Shown here: in pieces, positions 1 through 12,745 of the stretch
Position numbering within the stretch: the stretch's first letter is position 1
How the letters are laid out: every line of letters begins with the position of its first letter
Assembly: GCA_038087875.1 (NCBI GenBank)
Contig: CM075991.1
Coordinates: forward strand, 13,084,001 to 13,148,000
Source: Malacoraja senta
Lineage: Eukaryota
Direction: 5' to 3'
Length of the DNA stretch: 64,000 nucleotides
Notes under the pieces: generated by a model
Told to the model about the DNA's origin: nothing
Seen by the model: the letters and a program-made list of their open reading frames with translations, nothing else
The model's database searches: none
Translations under genes and position numbers: made by a program

Positions 1-695
1 ACCCAATCATCCCTGTAACTAAAGTCCCACAGTTTAGGCAACACCCTAATAATTCTCTATACTCTGTCCCAGGGCTGTCAGACTATAGTTCGGCAATTAG
101 TTGTGATACGTTGTGATTCACGGGACCTTGCTGTGATAAGGCATGGTCTCTGAATTGCAATATTGTACTTGGGAGCATATCACAAGATGACTACACTAAA
201 TCAGTTTATAATTGTTATCAGTGTAATTGCTAACAGTCTGCATGTTATAATTTTATTTAACCTTTAAATTAGCAGATTTGAGAACTAATTCTTTACCAGA
301 CTGGCTATAAACCATGTCTTCAGCAGAAGTAATGGCACGTCTTGTAAATCTGAAAAATGTGCAATACGGACGAGGTCAGACACGTGGAGTGAGGAGGCCG
401 CTGCCGAGGGAATGAACAAAGGAGGATCCGGCGTGGGGGGACCAGCATGAGGTAGGGGGAGAACAATGGACAATGGGGACCCGGCGTGGGGGATCGGTGT
501 GGGTGGGTGGGGGAAGGGGAGAACAAAGAGGGACCTGGCGCAGATACTGTGTATAGTTTGTAACTTTGCCAGCACCCTTATATGGCGACTTTTGCATACC
601 GTGCGTATGCAAGGAAAGAATTTCACTGACTTCACTAAAGTATTAATTAATTCATTCAAAACATTATTGTGGAAATTATTGTGTAACGGACGTAC

Positions 696-874
696 TTCTT
701 TTCTATGTAGGGTGCAATATCCGTCTTCTTAAATCCATCCAGATGGTAGAGTTTGTAAGCCAAGTTAATGGCAACTTCTTGGTCTGGTTTATCCCCATTA
801 GCCAGTAGAGCTTCAAATTCCATTGTTTCACTTGTGATGCTTGTTTCTGGCAGAATTTGAGGTTGTTGCTTTAT
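696..874 (-). CDS. PSD4: PSD4 exon encoding the start of the Sec7 domain
   Basis: IKQQPQILPETSITSETMEFEALLANGDKPDQEVAINLAYKLYHLDGFKKTDIAPYIEK(N), donor AA|gtacgt (phase 2). The exon starts either at 874 (phase 0) or at 887 (phase 2). Confidence 0.9.
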
Positions 875-3800
875 CTGAATGACATCACTGTATCAAGGCA
901 AATAAAATAACAGTCTGTTAAGAATACAAAGCGCTGTAATCACGTGGTATTCTCCTCTTCCACCATCATTTCAGCAGGGGACTGGAATAACCCCACAAAT
1001 CATTTTAGGAATAGGAAACATCTTTTAGGCCTAACAAACCTATCCTTTTGAAACATCAGCTACATATTCTGTAATTCCTTTCTTCCCACAATAAGATCTC
1101 TAAGGTTGCTTTATGCCAGCCCCTTCACTTACCTTCTCATCGGTATCCTTACTTCCAACTTCTTTCAGATTTCTCATCTGCAGATTGGATCTGATGTGAA
1201 TGGATCACAGCTCGTCATTCTCCCACTCAGTATTCATGCAGAAAATAGACACAAAAAGCTGGAGTAACTCAGCGGACAGGTAGCATCTCTGGAGATAAGG
1301 AATGGGTGACATTTCAGGTCGAGACTCTTCTTCAGACTGAGTCTGAAAAAGGGCCTCGACCCACAATGTCATCCATTCCTTCTCTCCAGAGATGCTACCT
1401 GTCTCGCTGAGTTACTCCAGCTTTTTGTGTCTAGCATCGGTTTAAACCAGCATCTGCAGTTCCTTCTCACACAGTATTCATGCAGAATAACTAGCAGTAA
1501 GTAGCCTTGCATTGGCTCAAATGGGCTAGCATATAAGTAGCTGAGACTATTTGATTATTATTAAGGTTTTGACATGATCCTTACTTTGGTTTCTGACCTC
1601 TGACACGAAGGCTGGCCCTGAAGTGAATTTCCCTTTGGCAGCGTGCTAAAAGAACAGCTGACCAGAGCAGAGTGAAGCGACTGCTTTAATTACTATTTTT
1701 GTAAGTCGCTGTTGTATTATACTTGTTAAAAGTACCATCTATGACGACTATATTATTGATACAAAATAGCATTGTAATTAGTTCATCAAATATTTTAAGA
1801 TTAAAACCTGAATCACTACACACTGAGTCACGTATCCTTGCTTGACATCTGCCACCGGGTGCCAAATACTATTAACAGGAATACCACAGCTTTGTTTTAA
1901 TCTGAGTAGATGTCAGAGTTGTAGAAGCTTGGACTTTTGCAGCTTTGTGGCTGGCAGCCTATTAATTGCACTAGATGCAGTCAAGCAAATGAATAGGAAA
2001 CCTCACAGTTTGTCTTCAAATGGCCCTCTGGCAGCAAGATCAAGGAGAGCAAGATAAATGGCACAACACCAACATGAGAATAGTGCCCAAAAGCTTCCAT
2101 ATAAAGGTTATGTGGAAGCCGCTGTTATGATCTTAAGATTTCTATGCCCAAGAAACAAGTAATGGCTTCAAAGCTGTTGGGGGGAAAGGTGAAGAGGGGC
2201 AGTTAGGCTAGAAATAAACAATTGGACAAGCAGCTGAGCATACAGGTGCCAGCATGGATATAGATAGATAGGACATTGCATACTGTAATTGCTTCAGATT
2301 TAGGAAATCCTGGCTGTTATAAATGCAAAGCCAGATAATTCAATATGCAACTTGGAGCATTGCTGAGGAAATTTTGTTCAGTGAAGAATGGGTGGTAGCC
2401 AAATGTCCTTATAAATAAAACACAACATCATTTTTCATGAAGCTCAATTAAAGATAAATCATAAAAGTAAATTTTAAGAATAAAACAAAGTAAAATATAT
2501 CGTTGGTCTATTTGCATCGATAAACAGGAGTACTGAATATTATTTGAGGAAGAGATTTTTTTCTTTCGTTGCACATGTGTGAATTGGACTAATGCCAATG
2601 TATATATGCCTATCTCCTATTATCCTTGAGAACATGACGTTGAGCCACTTTCTTCAACACTGCAAACCATGTGATGAAGATATTATAGACAATAGATAGT
2701 AGACAATAGGTGCAGGAGTGGGCCATTCGGCCCTTCGAGCCAGCGCCGCCATTCAATGTGATCATGGCTGATCATCCACAATCAGTACCCCGTTCCTGCC
2801 TTCTCTCCATATCCCCTGACTCCGCTATCTTTAAGAGCTATTACCACTATGTTGTGAATTCAACAATTTGGTCTAAATGATGGTGAAGGGATGGCATTGT
2901 ATTCCTGGTCACACTGATATGTGATGTGGGAAGCTGCAATCCTGCAGGTGTTATAATTTGTCTTCTGTGTCATAGAGGTTGGACATTTATTGTGTGGCAT
3001 CAATCAAGCTTTGGTGAGCTGCTTCAGTTTATTTTGTGGAAATTGCACACTGCAGTCATGGTACAACAGTGATAGATGGATTGATTGTTTGAAATAGTGG
3101 ATGGGGTGCTAATCAACTGGACTCTTTTTTTCTAGATGTTGCCAGACTTGAGTGCTGCCAATTGGAGAGTATTCCATCACAATGGTTGAAAAACGTTGCC
3201 AAGTTAGGAGATGAATCATTCACTGTAGAACACCTGCCCCGACCTGCTCTTATAACCACACAGCATGTGCCTTTTCTGATCAGTGATGCAAGAATGTTAA
3301 TTGAGGAGATGGTACCTCCTCTTGTCTATATCCCATCAGTTAAGATGATGGAGGAGTTCGAGGCTTTGGCTGATCATTGTGGTTTTGAGCCCATGGCTAT
3401 GTCAGCAGATTTGTACTTGTCTGAGGAATAACTAGTTCCATTTTTGGACAAGTCCTTATCTAAAAGAACTAGAAACTTGTCAGGAAACTCTTCTGCAGCA
3501 AGTGGTTGGTGTTTAGAATCCAATATCAAATAGGTTGATGGACTCGGATTCAGTGAAACCCACAAATTAGATTGATATTTAATGGAGAAAAATAAAGTGC
3601 AATTACATGAATCTAACACAAAGAGCTGGGATAGACCCAGTGGGTGAAATTATTTCCTTCTATTATGTGTAGGAAGGAACTGCAGATGCTGGTTTAAACC
3701 AAAGGTATGCACAACATTAAGGAGTAACTCAGCGGGACAGGCAGCATCTTTGTGAAAAGGAATGGGTGACATTTCGGGTTGAGTAATTATAAGTTCTAGG

Positions 3801-6800
3801 AAGAAGAGTCTCGACCCGAAACATCACCCATTCCTTCTCTCCAGAGATGCTGCCTGTCCTGCTGAGTTACTCCAGCATCTTGTATCCTCCTTCTATTATG
3901 TACTGTTCTACATTCTCAATTTATGGTTATAATTTATGTTAAATTACACATACCTTCAGACATATATTGTTTGTTACTCAGCTCATTTCACAATGGTAAA
4001 AGGTAATTATTTTGTGCTGATCAATAATTATCCAGCATTGCTAAGTGCTACCGTGCTACCAGTGCTTGAGTGAGAATGTACTTACTTTTCAATGATGAGG
4101 TCTGTGATTTCTTCATTCTCATCTTTCTCCTGTTGTCGAGGTGAGTCACTCAGTTCCATCCCTTCAATGTTTGGATCAACATTATCATAGATGTTATTAA
4201 TTGGTCCTTTCTTTCCAGTTATTGTGCATTCTAAATGTTCTTGGTCTATGTGCAACACTGTATGATTGTTCATGGTTTCGCTCCATATCTCCCGATCGGT
4301 CATAGGAGTTGTTTGGTTCATTTCCTGGCAATCGCGGAGTGGTGATTTGGTCTGCGTCTGGCTGGCTTTTTCTGTCTCAGTAGAAGCATCTTGTTCTTGG
4401 TAGACATCATCTGTGTGATCCATGAAAGTTTCTATCATTGATGTATGCTGATTGTCAGAGAAAAGCACTGCTTCAGAGATCGCTGTGATGCGGCTGGTCT
4501 GGGTGGTCTCTTTTATACCTCGAGAGAAAAAGAGAAATAATTAGAGGCTGCTGGGAAGAACAAGGAGTATGAAAACAGTTCAGATGAAAAAATAAGAACC
4601 AGCGGGGTAGGATGCAAATACTTACCAGGAAAGAATGCTTCCTTGGCATTGAAATAATTGGGCAAGGATTCGTCATTGCTTGTTATTTTCAGCTCTTTGG
4701 AGGGTGATTGATTTCCAAATGAAAAGTAGCTGGAGTCCTACAACAAGAGAAAAGGCCATTAGTTACATGTGACCAAGTTGTATCTGTGACTTAACAAGCT
4801 CCAGAATCCTGTGCTGTACATGTTCTCTTTATGGAAAATCGATCAAATTTTGTAAAAGAGTAAGGTGTCAATTGACATAAATATTTAGAGAAGACTCTGA
4901 TAATTCAGTGAACTGAACCACAAAGACCTGGAATGATGCAGGTGGATTATCTATCTGTGCTGTTGTACAGGGCCAGCTCTGAGCACTCTGGCCACTAAGT
5001 GGAGCAGGGATGGGGGGGGGGGGGGAGGGGGACTTTTGATTGTTTTCCTTTATCTCCTGGTGAAACGAGTTTCCACCATGACACTTGCAGATACATTTCA
5101 CTTAATCGTCTAGTTTTATGATCTATGCTTAGCTAAGACACAAAGTAAGAATTGGTTCTAAGAATGGACAGATTGGGATTATTGACTCAAGGCGAGTTTC
5201 TGTTACAGAACGGCACAGATGAGTTGATTTCCTGCCTGAGCAGGTGGAAGGTGGGGGTAATTTTAATCACTGACTGATTCACTTCTTGGAGGGCATGAAG
5301 AATCAATAGGATAAATAACAAATTATTTGTGAGGAATTATTTCCAACCATGTTTGAAATGTATCTGTTCTTCCTAGCCGCACAATGAAGAGCTGCAATCT
5401 TGCAAGTGAAGGCCTTCTTAAACCCAGAAGCATATTTGCTTCCGACTAGTTCGAGAGCCATCTGGTCTCACCTTAATAGAAATATTTCCTTCATTCTATC
5501 CATCTCTCTTCCACCTTTTCAGCTACCTAAAAATAAAGTTTTCTCTCTCCTTAGTTCTGATAAAACTTTAACTGCTTCCCTCTTCACAGATGCTGCCCGA
5601 CCTGCTGAATGTTTCCAGCATTTTCCTTTTTAAAATAAATGTAATTTGGTACTTTATGCTTTAATTGCTATTTTCTGACGCATATTATCTCTTAAATAGG
5701 AAAACAGGTCAGTCTAGGTTTTCATTACATGAAATTTGTGCTCTTAAATTATATTTTGGCAACAAAAGCAGAAATGTTCAGGCATAACCCTACCGCCATG
5801 CGGTCGGTCTGCCTGTTCCTGTTTCTTGTTTCTCATTGGCTTTAATTGGTCACGTTCTGTGCAAACAAACACTAACCCATGGTATATTATACCAGCAAGA
5901 TCTTAATGTAAAATGAACCATGATGATTTGGTGTTTGATCAAATGTTACATTTTGTCACTTCTTTACAAATATAGTTAAAGAACAAAACACTCAACGACT
6001 CAATGCTGAGATACTGAGAGGCCAAATATCAACACCCAAGGGTGAAATCTCACTCCAACCTGTTTACCTACAACGTTGTGCAAGACTGCTCTAAACTGTG
6101 GTTTATGGTGCTTAGTGGTTTCTGGATCAGTTACACAATTCCTTAAATTCCTTCAAATACATCCTTCACGATGATAACATTCTAAGCCCAGCACATTTAT
6201 CTGGCACAAATTACACACAACACTGATTTAGACACAAAAAGCTGGAGTAACTCAGTGGGACAGGCAGCATCTCTGGAGAGAAGGAATGGGTGACATTTTG
6301 GGTCCAGACCCTTCTTCAGACTGAATCTTTCCCATTCTTTTTTTTTATATAGGACCAACTATAATCATAATACACAAATGAAAAATAGCTGATTCAGTTC
6401 CTGAAATGTCTCACTCCAAACTGCTTTTTTTGTAGTTGATCTACCTTGTGAGGATGTGAAATTTGTCTCTGATAGAATGAGTGAGGATTCTCGAGTCTGG
6501 AGGAGATGCTGGGGCCACTTCCTACAGAGGCCCCAGTGGATTTCCTGTCCCTCCCTTCCCCTAGTGAACAGGGCCACCACCCTGGTGTTTCTCCCAGCGA
6601 TCAAACGCTCACCAAAGTTTATATTTCACTAAAGGGGCCAGCAAGAACAAAGTGGGACCCGGCATGAGGGACTGGGGGGTGGGAGGAGGAAGAGTACTTT
6701 TTGAATACTTTAGTAACTTAGTAGGCGCTCTTTACGTGACAACTCTTGCATACTTGTTCTGTGTGCAAAGAATCTCACTGTACCAAGTACACATGACAAT

Positions 6801-9800
6801 AAAGTATCAATCAATCAATCAATCAAATCTGGGGGCTCTCTCCATCTCTCCTGGATCCTCATTCTCCTTCACACTGGTGTCAGGTTGCCACATAGAATGT
6901 GCTTTAAAACTAACTTATAATAAACTGCATGCAATTGAGTCTATTCCTGTTAACAACGCCACAGGTCCTATTTTTAACAAACACATTGTAAATGTAACCC
7001 TCTCGCCACTTTTCAACGTATTTTGGCCAAATAGATTACTTTTCGTGAAGGATCAGATTGAGTGACAATGCTGCAAGCACATGTTCAGGATTAAGTCTGA
7101 TTTCTAGTCGGTGGTTTATAAACCTCTTGCCTCGTAGACCTCTGCTGTAAATATTCTCATTGACAAACCACAGCATGAAGAACTATTTGTTTTAATCATC
7201 TGCTTCCTTCAGAATAATCTCAGAATATTCAACATTTTTGCAACATTAAAAGCTCTTTAGCCAGAAACAGATTGGGAGCAGCTTGATGTTATTTTTGACC
7301 ACAATGAGCTTTAATCAAACTCTGTGCCTTCACTCAACCACCTGTTTCCATCTCCATAACATTGAGATATCGAGGCTGAATAAATGGGGAAAAATTAATC
7401 ATATTGGCAAAGGACTGTAGACTGGGGAGGCCCGACAGGAGTGGTACAGGGAGGGGGTACTTGTAAATTAAATTAAGAGGCAAAGATGGTCATGGATTAT
7501 CACTGGCAGACAAGATTAGGGAAAATACCCAAGCATTTTAAGTACATTAAGAGAAAGAGACTAACCATGAAAAGAGTAAGAGGTACGGCGACAAAGGGAC
7601 AAACTACGCATGGAGCCAGAGAATGCATGTGAATACTTCACATCTGCTGAGCAGCTTTGCAACATTAAAACCTCTATATAAATGGAAATAGTCATTGTAA
7701 CTATCAGCCTATTTACAAAGAAGACGAACGTTTTAAAATAACAAAAACAGGTTACCCAGTCCATTAAGTCTTGGATGGTGTTTTTTACAAGTTGGAGATC
7801 TAATTCTATCACCCATTCTTCATACCATTTTACTTCATTGCTACCTATGATCTATTCAGTTCATCCTTAGATACTGATATCTCTCCTTCAAACACAAAAT
7901 ATGTATTCAAGACCTCTCACCTTTGTGAAGAGGTTTCTGCAACTCTGATTCATCTATTATTTTTATTCCCGATCCTCCAGCCTCAGCGGTCTATATCTAT
8001 CAAAATTACTTCAAAATTCTTCTTTCATAATCCTTCACTACTTGAACTCCCCATAATCTGTGTCAGTGATGATCACCCAAGGTTTCAAGGTTTTCTTTAC
8101 ATTAATCTTTCCTCAGTATTATCTCTGTTCTGTGTTCTCGATAACACCTCAACATCCTTCCTATGATGTTGAGACTAAAATGCACTGCCTCTGTGGTTTT
8201 ACATTGATGTAGATTCACCGTTGCATCTCGATTCTCAATCATTTCCTGCATCTATTTCTCCATTTTGCTTTAGGCTGGCAAATAAGAACTGAAGAAGTAA
8301 GGAAGTAAAGAATTGAACATGAGCAATGTGGTTAGAATATTACAAAATGGAAACTATCAAGGGGGTGAAATCGACCAAACCTGCTCGACCAGTCTGTAGG
8401 GCTTACCACTACATTTTCCAAGACATAAGGTGATCAGAACACTTCAAATGATTTGTTTAACAAAATGTTCCATTCTGAATTATCAATAAAGAGATAAATA
8501 ATGAACAATTCACAAACTGGAGTTCGTGCTGAGCAGGTTTGGGGTATTGGTCTGCAAATCTAAAATCTTCCCTCCAAATGGGTGCCAGCTAACTCTGCAG
8601 CAGTGTCTAAAGCATAAGCATATTATGATCTTAACAAAGTTGCATAAAATTCAGTAAGTGCAGTTTAAAGTTCTATAAGTGTGTAAGAGTAACGCATAGC
8701 CAGTAACAGAAAGCAGTGAAAATACCCACAGGGACTGGGTAGTCTGGGACTTCCCGAATGGTAAGAAACTCACAATTATGGATCTTTGACAGCTTATTCA
8801 TTACGGATTATCTGCCTGTTTAATTCAGAAGCTGCTGGTGTGAGAATCATGTCCATGTTCACTCTGTGATGCTGCGTTGGATATGCTTCTGACAGACGGT
8901 GTCCAGGTTCATGTTGTGGTCTCGGGGCTTTTGCAGTTTATTGGGGAGATTATTCAAGTGGCTGTTGTCAAATGCTAGTCCCACTATCAGGCTACCGCAA
9001 AACCGTGCAACACTGGCTGCTGCCTGAACCCAGTACAGACCGCTTTGTGCTGCTACAAATCCACACTAACATCAGCTCGTAGCCCCAAACACACAGTGCT
9101 GCCAGAAATTAGCACCATTTTTTGTTTTCTGACAAATACAGCATTGTTCAGATGTCACAGAACCCCAACACTGACAGATGCTCCCGGTACCGACCCCTGG
9201 TACCGTTTCTCCCAGCATGCCCGCTGGTACAGTTTCTCCCAGCACCGACTCCTGTTACAGTTTCTCCCGGCATGACCCCTGGTACAGTTTCTCCCGGCAC
9301 CGACTCCTGTTACAGTTTCTCCCGGCACCGACCCCTGGCGCAGTTGAATTGAATTTAATACTTTATTGTCACATGTGACAAGTCAGTGAAATTGTTTGCT
9401 TGCATAACCAAGGTATGCAAATAGCCACCACATAAAGGGCGTTGACAAAATTACAAAGTATCCTGTGCCAGGTCAACCCTTGACCCCCCCTTCACAGCCG
9501 TCCCCCCACGCCGGGTCCTCTATTGTTCCCAGCGGCACGTCCACCAACTCCCACGTGGCCCGTCCTCAACCGCCAGTGCCCTCAACAATCGACCTGGACG
9601 ACCATCTCTCCCCGGCAGAGACCCCTGACACAGTCTCTCCCGACACCAGCCCCTGGTACAGTCTGTCACTAGCACCAACCCTGGCGCCAGCAGAGGATAA
9701 TTTTCAGTCACCTACTAATACTCAATCCACCAATGATAATTCTAACTTACCAATTCATAAAAACGTAAACTCCAAAGTTTGAGGAGCAGTTGTTCAGGTG

Positions 9801-11050
9801 GACTGTCGCTCATGCTTATATTTTCTGGCACCTAAAATCTGCAAACTTCAACTATACTTCAATTCCCACTATACTTTGGTCCAATATCACCAGAGATCTA
9901 ATAGCAAGAAACAACATATGGAACGGAGGGCTCAGTTGAGAAGGGATGATAGGGAACTCAGTGGTCAATGTCCATCTTTATGTCTCCAATTATAAAAAGA
10001 TTCAATTACCTCAGTCTCCGTTAGTTGGTTATTCCATCCCACAAGCTCCTTGTGCACTGAAGGAATGTATGAGGGTAACGTGGATACAGAATCCTCTGTG
10101 CTTATTGCACTGCAACTCTCTGCAATTACTTCCTCGACCATATGGATTTTCAGTTCACTGCTCGATAGCTCACAGTTCATGGGCATTACCACTGGATCAG
10201 TGTTACTCCTTTCACCCAACTCCTCCTCAGTCGTGGCAATATCTGTGGTCAAAATTGGAATAAATGCTTGGTTCTGATGCCACACGTCTTGTTGCAAAAA
10301 AACAACATCTGATGGATCCATAATAATTTCATCAGGAGTTGTGGCTGCATCAGAAACCTGGGTGATATCTTCAGATTTATCCCTCAGCATTTCTTCATCC
10401 ATTTCTTCATGGACAGAGGGCGTTAAAGGCTCCGACAGACCAGGACTCTCAATCGTCATCACATCAGAATTATTAAATAGATATTCAGTACTTTCCTCAG
10501 CACAGTTTCCTGTTTCATTGGTCCTTTTGGTCAGTAATACAGCTTGCATCCATGGTGTTGATCCATTACTTTCCAATGAACTTGTGCTTTCTGATCGATT
10601 AGAAGCCTCTAATTTGTCTTCTACATCCTCAATAAACGCCATATTTGTTAGCTCAGTAGAAAATGATTCAATTTGTCCTGAATCTAAATTCTCATTCGGG
10701 GCAAATGTGCTTTTGTTTTCCAAACTAAAATTCAAGAATGAACCTTCGGCAATAACATTATGATTTTTATGTTCTTCATCAACATCCTCCGCATATCTGA
10801 TGTTACCTGGCTCCATTTCATTACCCAGATTGGCTGAGATCTGAAATAGGTTTCTTGCAAAGACTGTATTGTCATCTTGTGTCCTTGGCTCTGCAAACCT
10901 TAATAAGTCAGAGTTATCGCTATGGAGAGGAGCTACATCTTCTGAACTGATTCCATTGTCTTCTTCAATGTTGTCATCGCCTTCTGCAGCGTCTAAACCT
11001 TTTGAGCAAGATGTTTGTTCCATGTCAATCAGGAAATCAAAATGATCCAT
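696..11050 (-). CDS. PSD4: PH and SEC7 domain-containing protein 4-like (EFA6B-type Arf6 GEF), 5' partial; coding exons 11050-10010, 4737-4626, 4518-4086, 1617-1585, 1190-1133, 874-696; continues beyond the left edge
   Basis: Six GT-AG exons join in frame (intron phases 0,1,2,2,0,2), giving about 618 aa. The last exon encodes LLANGDKPDQEVAINLAYKLYHLDGFKKTDIAPYIEKN, the start of the EFA6/PSD Sec7 domain. PSD4 rather than PSD1-3 is inferred from the NLA..LY.L.GF.K...A.Y..KN pattern and its position next to IL1B. Confidence 0.85.
1133..1190 (-). CDS. PSD4: PSD4 candidate small exon (SNLQMRNLKEVGSKDTDEK)
   Basis: Acceptor ttcacatcag, strong donor AAG|gtaagt; 58 nt, phase 2 to 0. Confidence 0.65.
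1247..1472. repeat. Inverted pair of Penelope 3'-tail repeats; similar pairs at about 3668-3890, 16585-16770, 17685-18030
   Basis: gctggagtaactcagcgg...cttcttcagac is followed immediately by its reverse complement. Confidence 0.85.
1585..1617 (-). CDS. PSD4: PSD4 candidate 33-nt microexon (ASLRVRGQKP)
   Basis: Acceptor ttcacttcag, donor AA|gtaagg; phase 2 to 2, frame-preserving. Confidence 0.55.
4086..4518 (-). CDS. PSD4: PSD4 coding exon (GIKETTQTSR...EITDLIIE)
   Basis: Acceptor ttctctttttctctcgag, donor AA|gtaagt; 433 nt, phase 1 to 2; contains ORF 4082-4468. Confidence 0.82.
4626..4737 (-). CDS. PSD4: PSD4 coding exon (DSSYFSFGNQSPSKELKITSNDESLPNYFNAKEAFFP)
   Basis: Acceptor ttttctcttgttgtag, donor G|gtaagt; 112 nt, phase 0 to 1, open frame. 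Confidence 0.8.
9183..9690. repeat. About 28-29 bp minisatellite split by an interspersed repeat
   Basis: Units like CCCGGCACCGACTCCTGTTACAGTTTCT at 9183-9343, with diverged units at 9605-9690. The insert (about 9345-9550) is the reverse complement of the repeat family at 376-630. Confidence 0.8.
10010..11050 (-). CDS. PSD4: PSD4 first coding exon (acidic, probably disordered N-terminus, 347 codons; exon begins at 11137)
   Basis: Lies within the 363-aa ORF 9965-11056. Acceptor tttttttcacag at 11138, ATG at 11050 in strong context (aagATGG), donor GAG|gtaatt at 10010 (phase 0). Confidence 0.85.
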
Positions 11051-12424
11051 CTTCAAATATTAAAGGGAAGTTACAACAGATCCGTTCTAATTTCAATGGA
11101 TTCCGCAAAGTTGTAGTCAGCTATTTGCCATGATGATCTGTGAAAAAAATAATTTAAATGATTGCAAAATGACTGGTAAATGTTTCAATTTGTCCTGAAT
11201 TATGGTTGCATAAATTTTGCCAAAAATTCTCACATTTTAAGATTTTGCACAGGTTCTAGTAATAAGATCTGCATAATAAAGCGTGGTTAAAATGGAAGCT
11301 CACAGAGGATTCTGAGGGTGCAGGGTTCTAAAACTTAATTCGGCTCATCGAGTCTACGCCGCCTTTCAACCTTGGTTGATCTATCTTTCCCTCTCAACCC
11401 CATTCTCCTGCTTTCTCCCCGTAACCTTTGACCCCTTATTAATCATGATCCAGTCAATCTCTGCTTCAAAGATACCCAAGGACGGCCTCTACAGCCACCT
11501 ATGGCGTTGAATCCACAGATTCACCACCCTCTGGCCAAAGAACTTCCTCCCATCTTCTTTCTTTACGTCTTTTTATTCTGAGACTGTGCCCGCTGGGCCT
11601 AGACCCTCCGACCAGTGGAAACATCCCCACCACATCTACTCTAGTGAGGCCTTTCCTTATTCAGTGGGGTAAGATTTAAGAGGGACATCAGTGGCAACTT
11701 TTTCATTGCATATCTGGAATTTAGCTGTTATGACGTTTGAACAAATCTATGGATAAAAAGGGTTTAATGGACTATGAACAAATAGCACAAGCCCAATATG
11801 TCAACTTGATTGGCGAGGATAAGGTGGGCTGAAGTACTTTAAAGATCTATCATTCTATGAGAAGAATGATAAAGGACAACTATCATATTGTTGTATAAGT
11901 CTTTCGTGAATGAAATTTGATTGTAAATTGTTCTATTTAGTGCAATTCAAGATATAGGCCACATTTTATCCTGACCTTGTGGTTAAACAACTCCCTTCTT
12001 AAGGCAATGACTGTTTGTACCTATATATAATCTGATGAAAATAGCCTTGGGAGGACACACAGCTATTTTATTTATTTGCTCAGTATATGGTACATATTAA
12101 GTGACTTTCTGTCTAGTGTTAAATAGGTGCACCACAAAGCTTTGTCCTAACTCATCAGCATCTAAACATCTGCTCCTTCAAACACATTTTACAGCAGTTG
12201 TTGAATATTTTAATTAAAAAATTAATGTATGACAAGCACAAAATGAGTTCCAGCATTTGACTGCAGGCTGGGTCCAAACTGCACAGAAAGAAGTCACAAA
12301 TAATGTGGAGATCAATAATGGCAGTAAAATAGTGAGGTAAAAGTAGATGCCTTTCTGCTGACTGGATAGCATCTGACAAAAGCTTTTCACTGTACCTCGG
12401 TATACGTTACAATAAACGAAGCTA

Positions 12425-12745
12425 GTTTAGTTTAGTTAATTTAGAGATACAGCGCGGAAACAGGCCCTTTGGCCCACAGAGTCCGCACCGACCAGCGATC
12501 CCCGCACATTAACACTGTCCTACACAAACTAGGGACAATTTACGCATACACCAAGCCAATTAACCTATATACCTGTACGTCTTTGGAGTGTGGGAGGAAA
12601 CCGAAGATCTCAGAGAAAACTCACGCGGTCACGGGGAGAATGTACAAACTCCGTACAGACAGCACCCGTAGTCGGGATCGAACCTGGGTCTCCGGCGCTG
12701 CAAGCGCTGTAAGGCAGCAACTCTACCGCTGCGCCAACGTGCCAC
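12425..12745 (-). mobile_element. tRNA-derived SINE (HE1-like); further copies at about 30245-30420(-), 34805-35110(+), 45600-45880(+), 56375-56660(-), 60500-60705(-)
   Basis: tRNA-like head with A-box/B-box (GGTTCGATCCC), conserved body and (CTAAA)n tail. Confidence 0.8.

Noticed and set aside
944..981. Possible extra PSD4 exon SPAEMMVEEENT
   Set aside because: Phases fit, but the following intron would be only about 56 nt with a weak donor.
2860..3620. ORFs 3162-3431(+) and 3374-3619(-) as extra PSD4 exons
   Set aside because: Resemble decayed LINE sequence; the acceptors tested give immediate stops in the required phase.
9183..9343. Regular repeats as a CRISPR-like array
   Set aside because: Eukaryotic minisatellite with no unique spacers.
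10050..10763. Plus-strand ORFs of 75-140 aa
   Set aside because: Antisense shadows of the large PSD4 exon.
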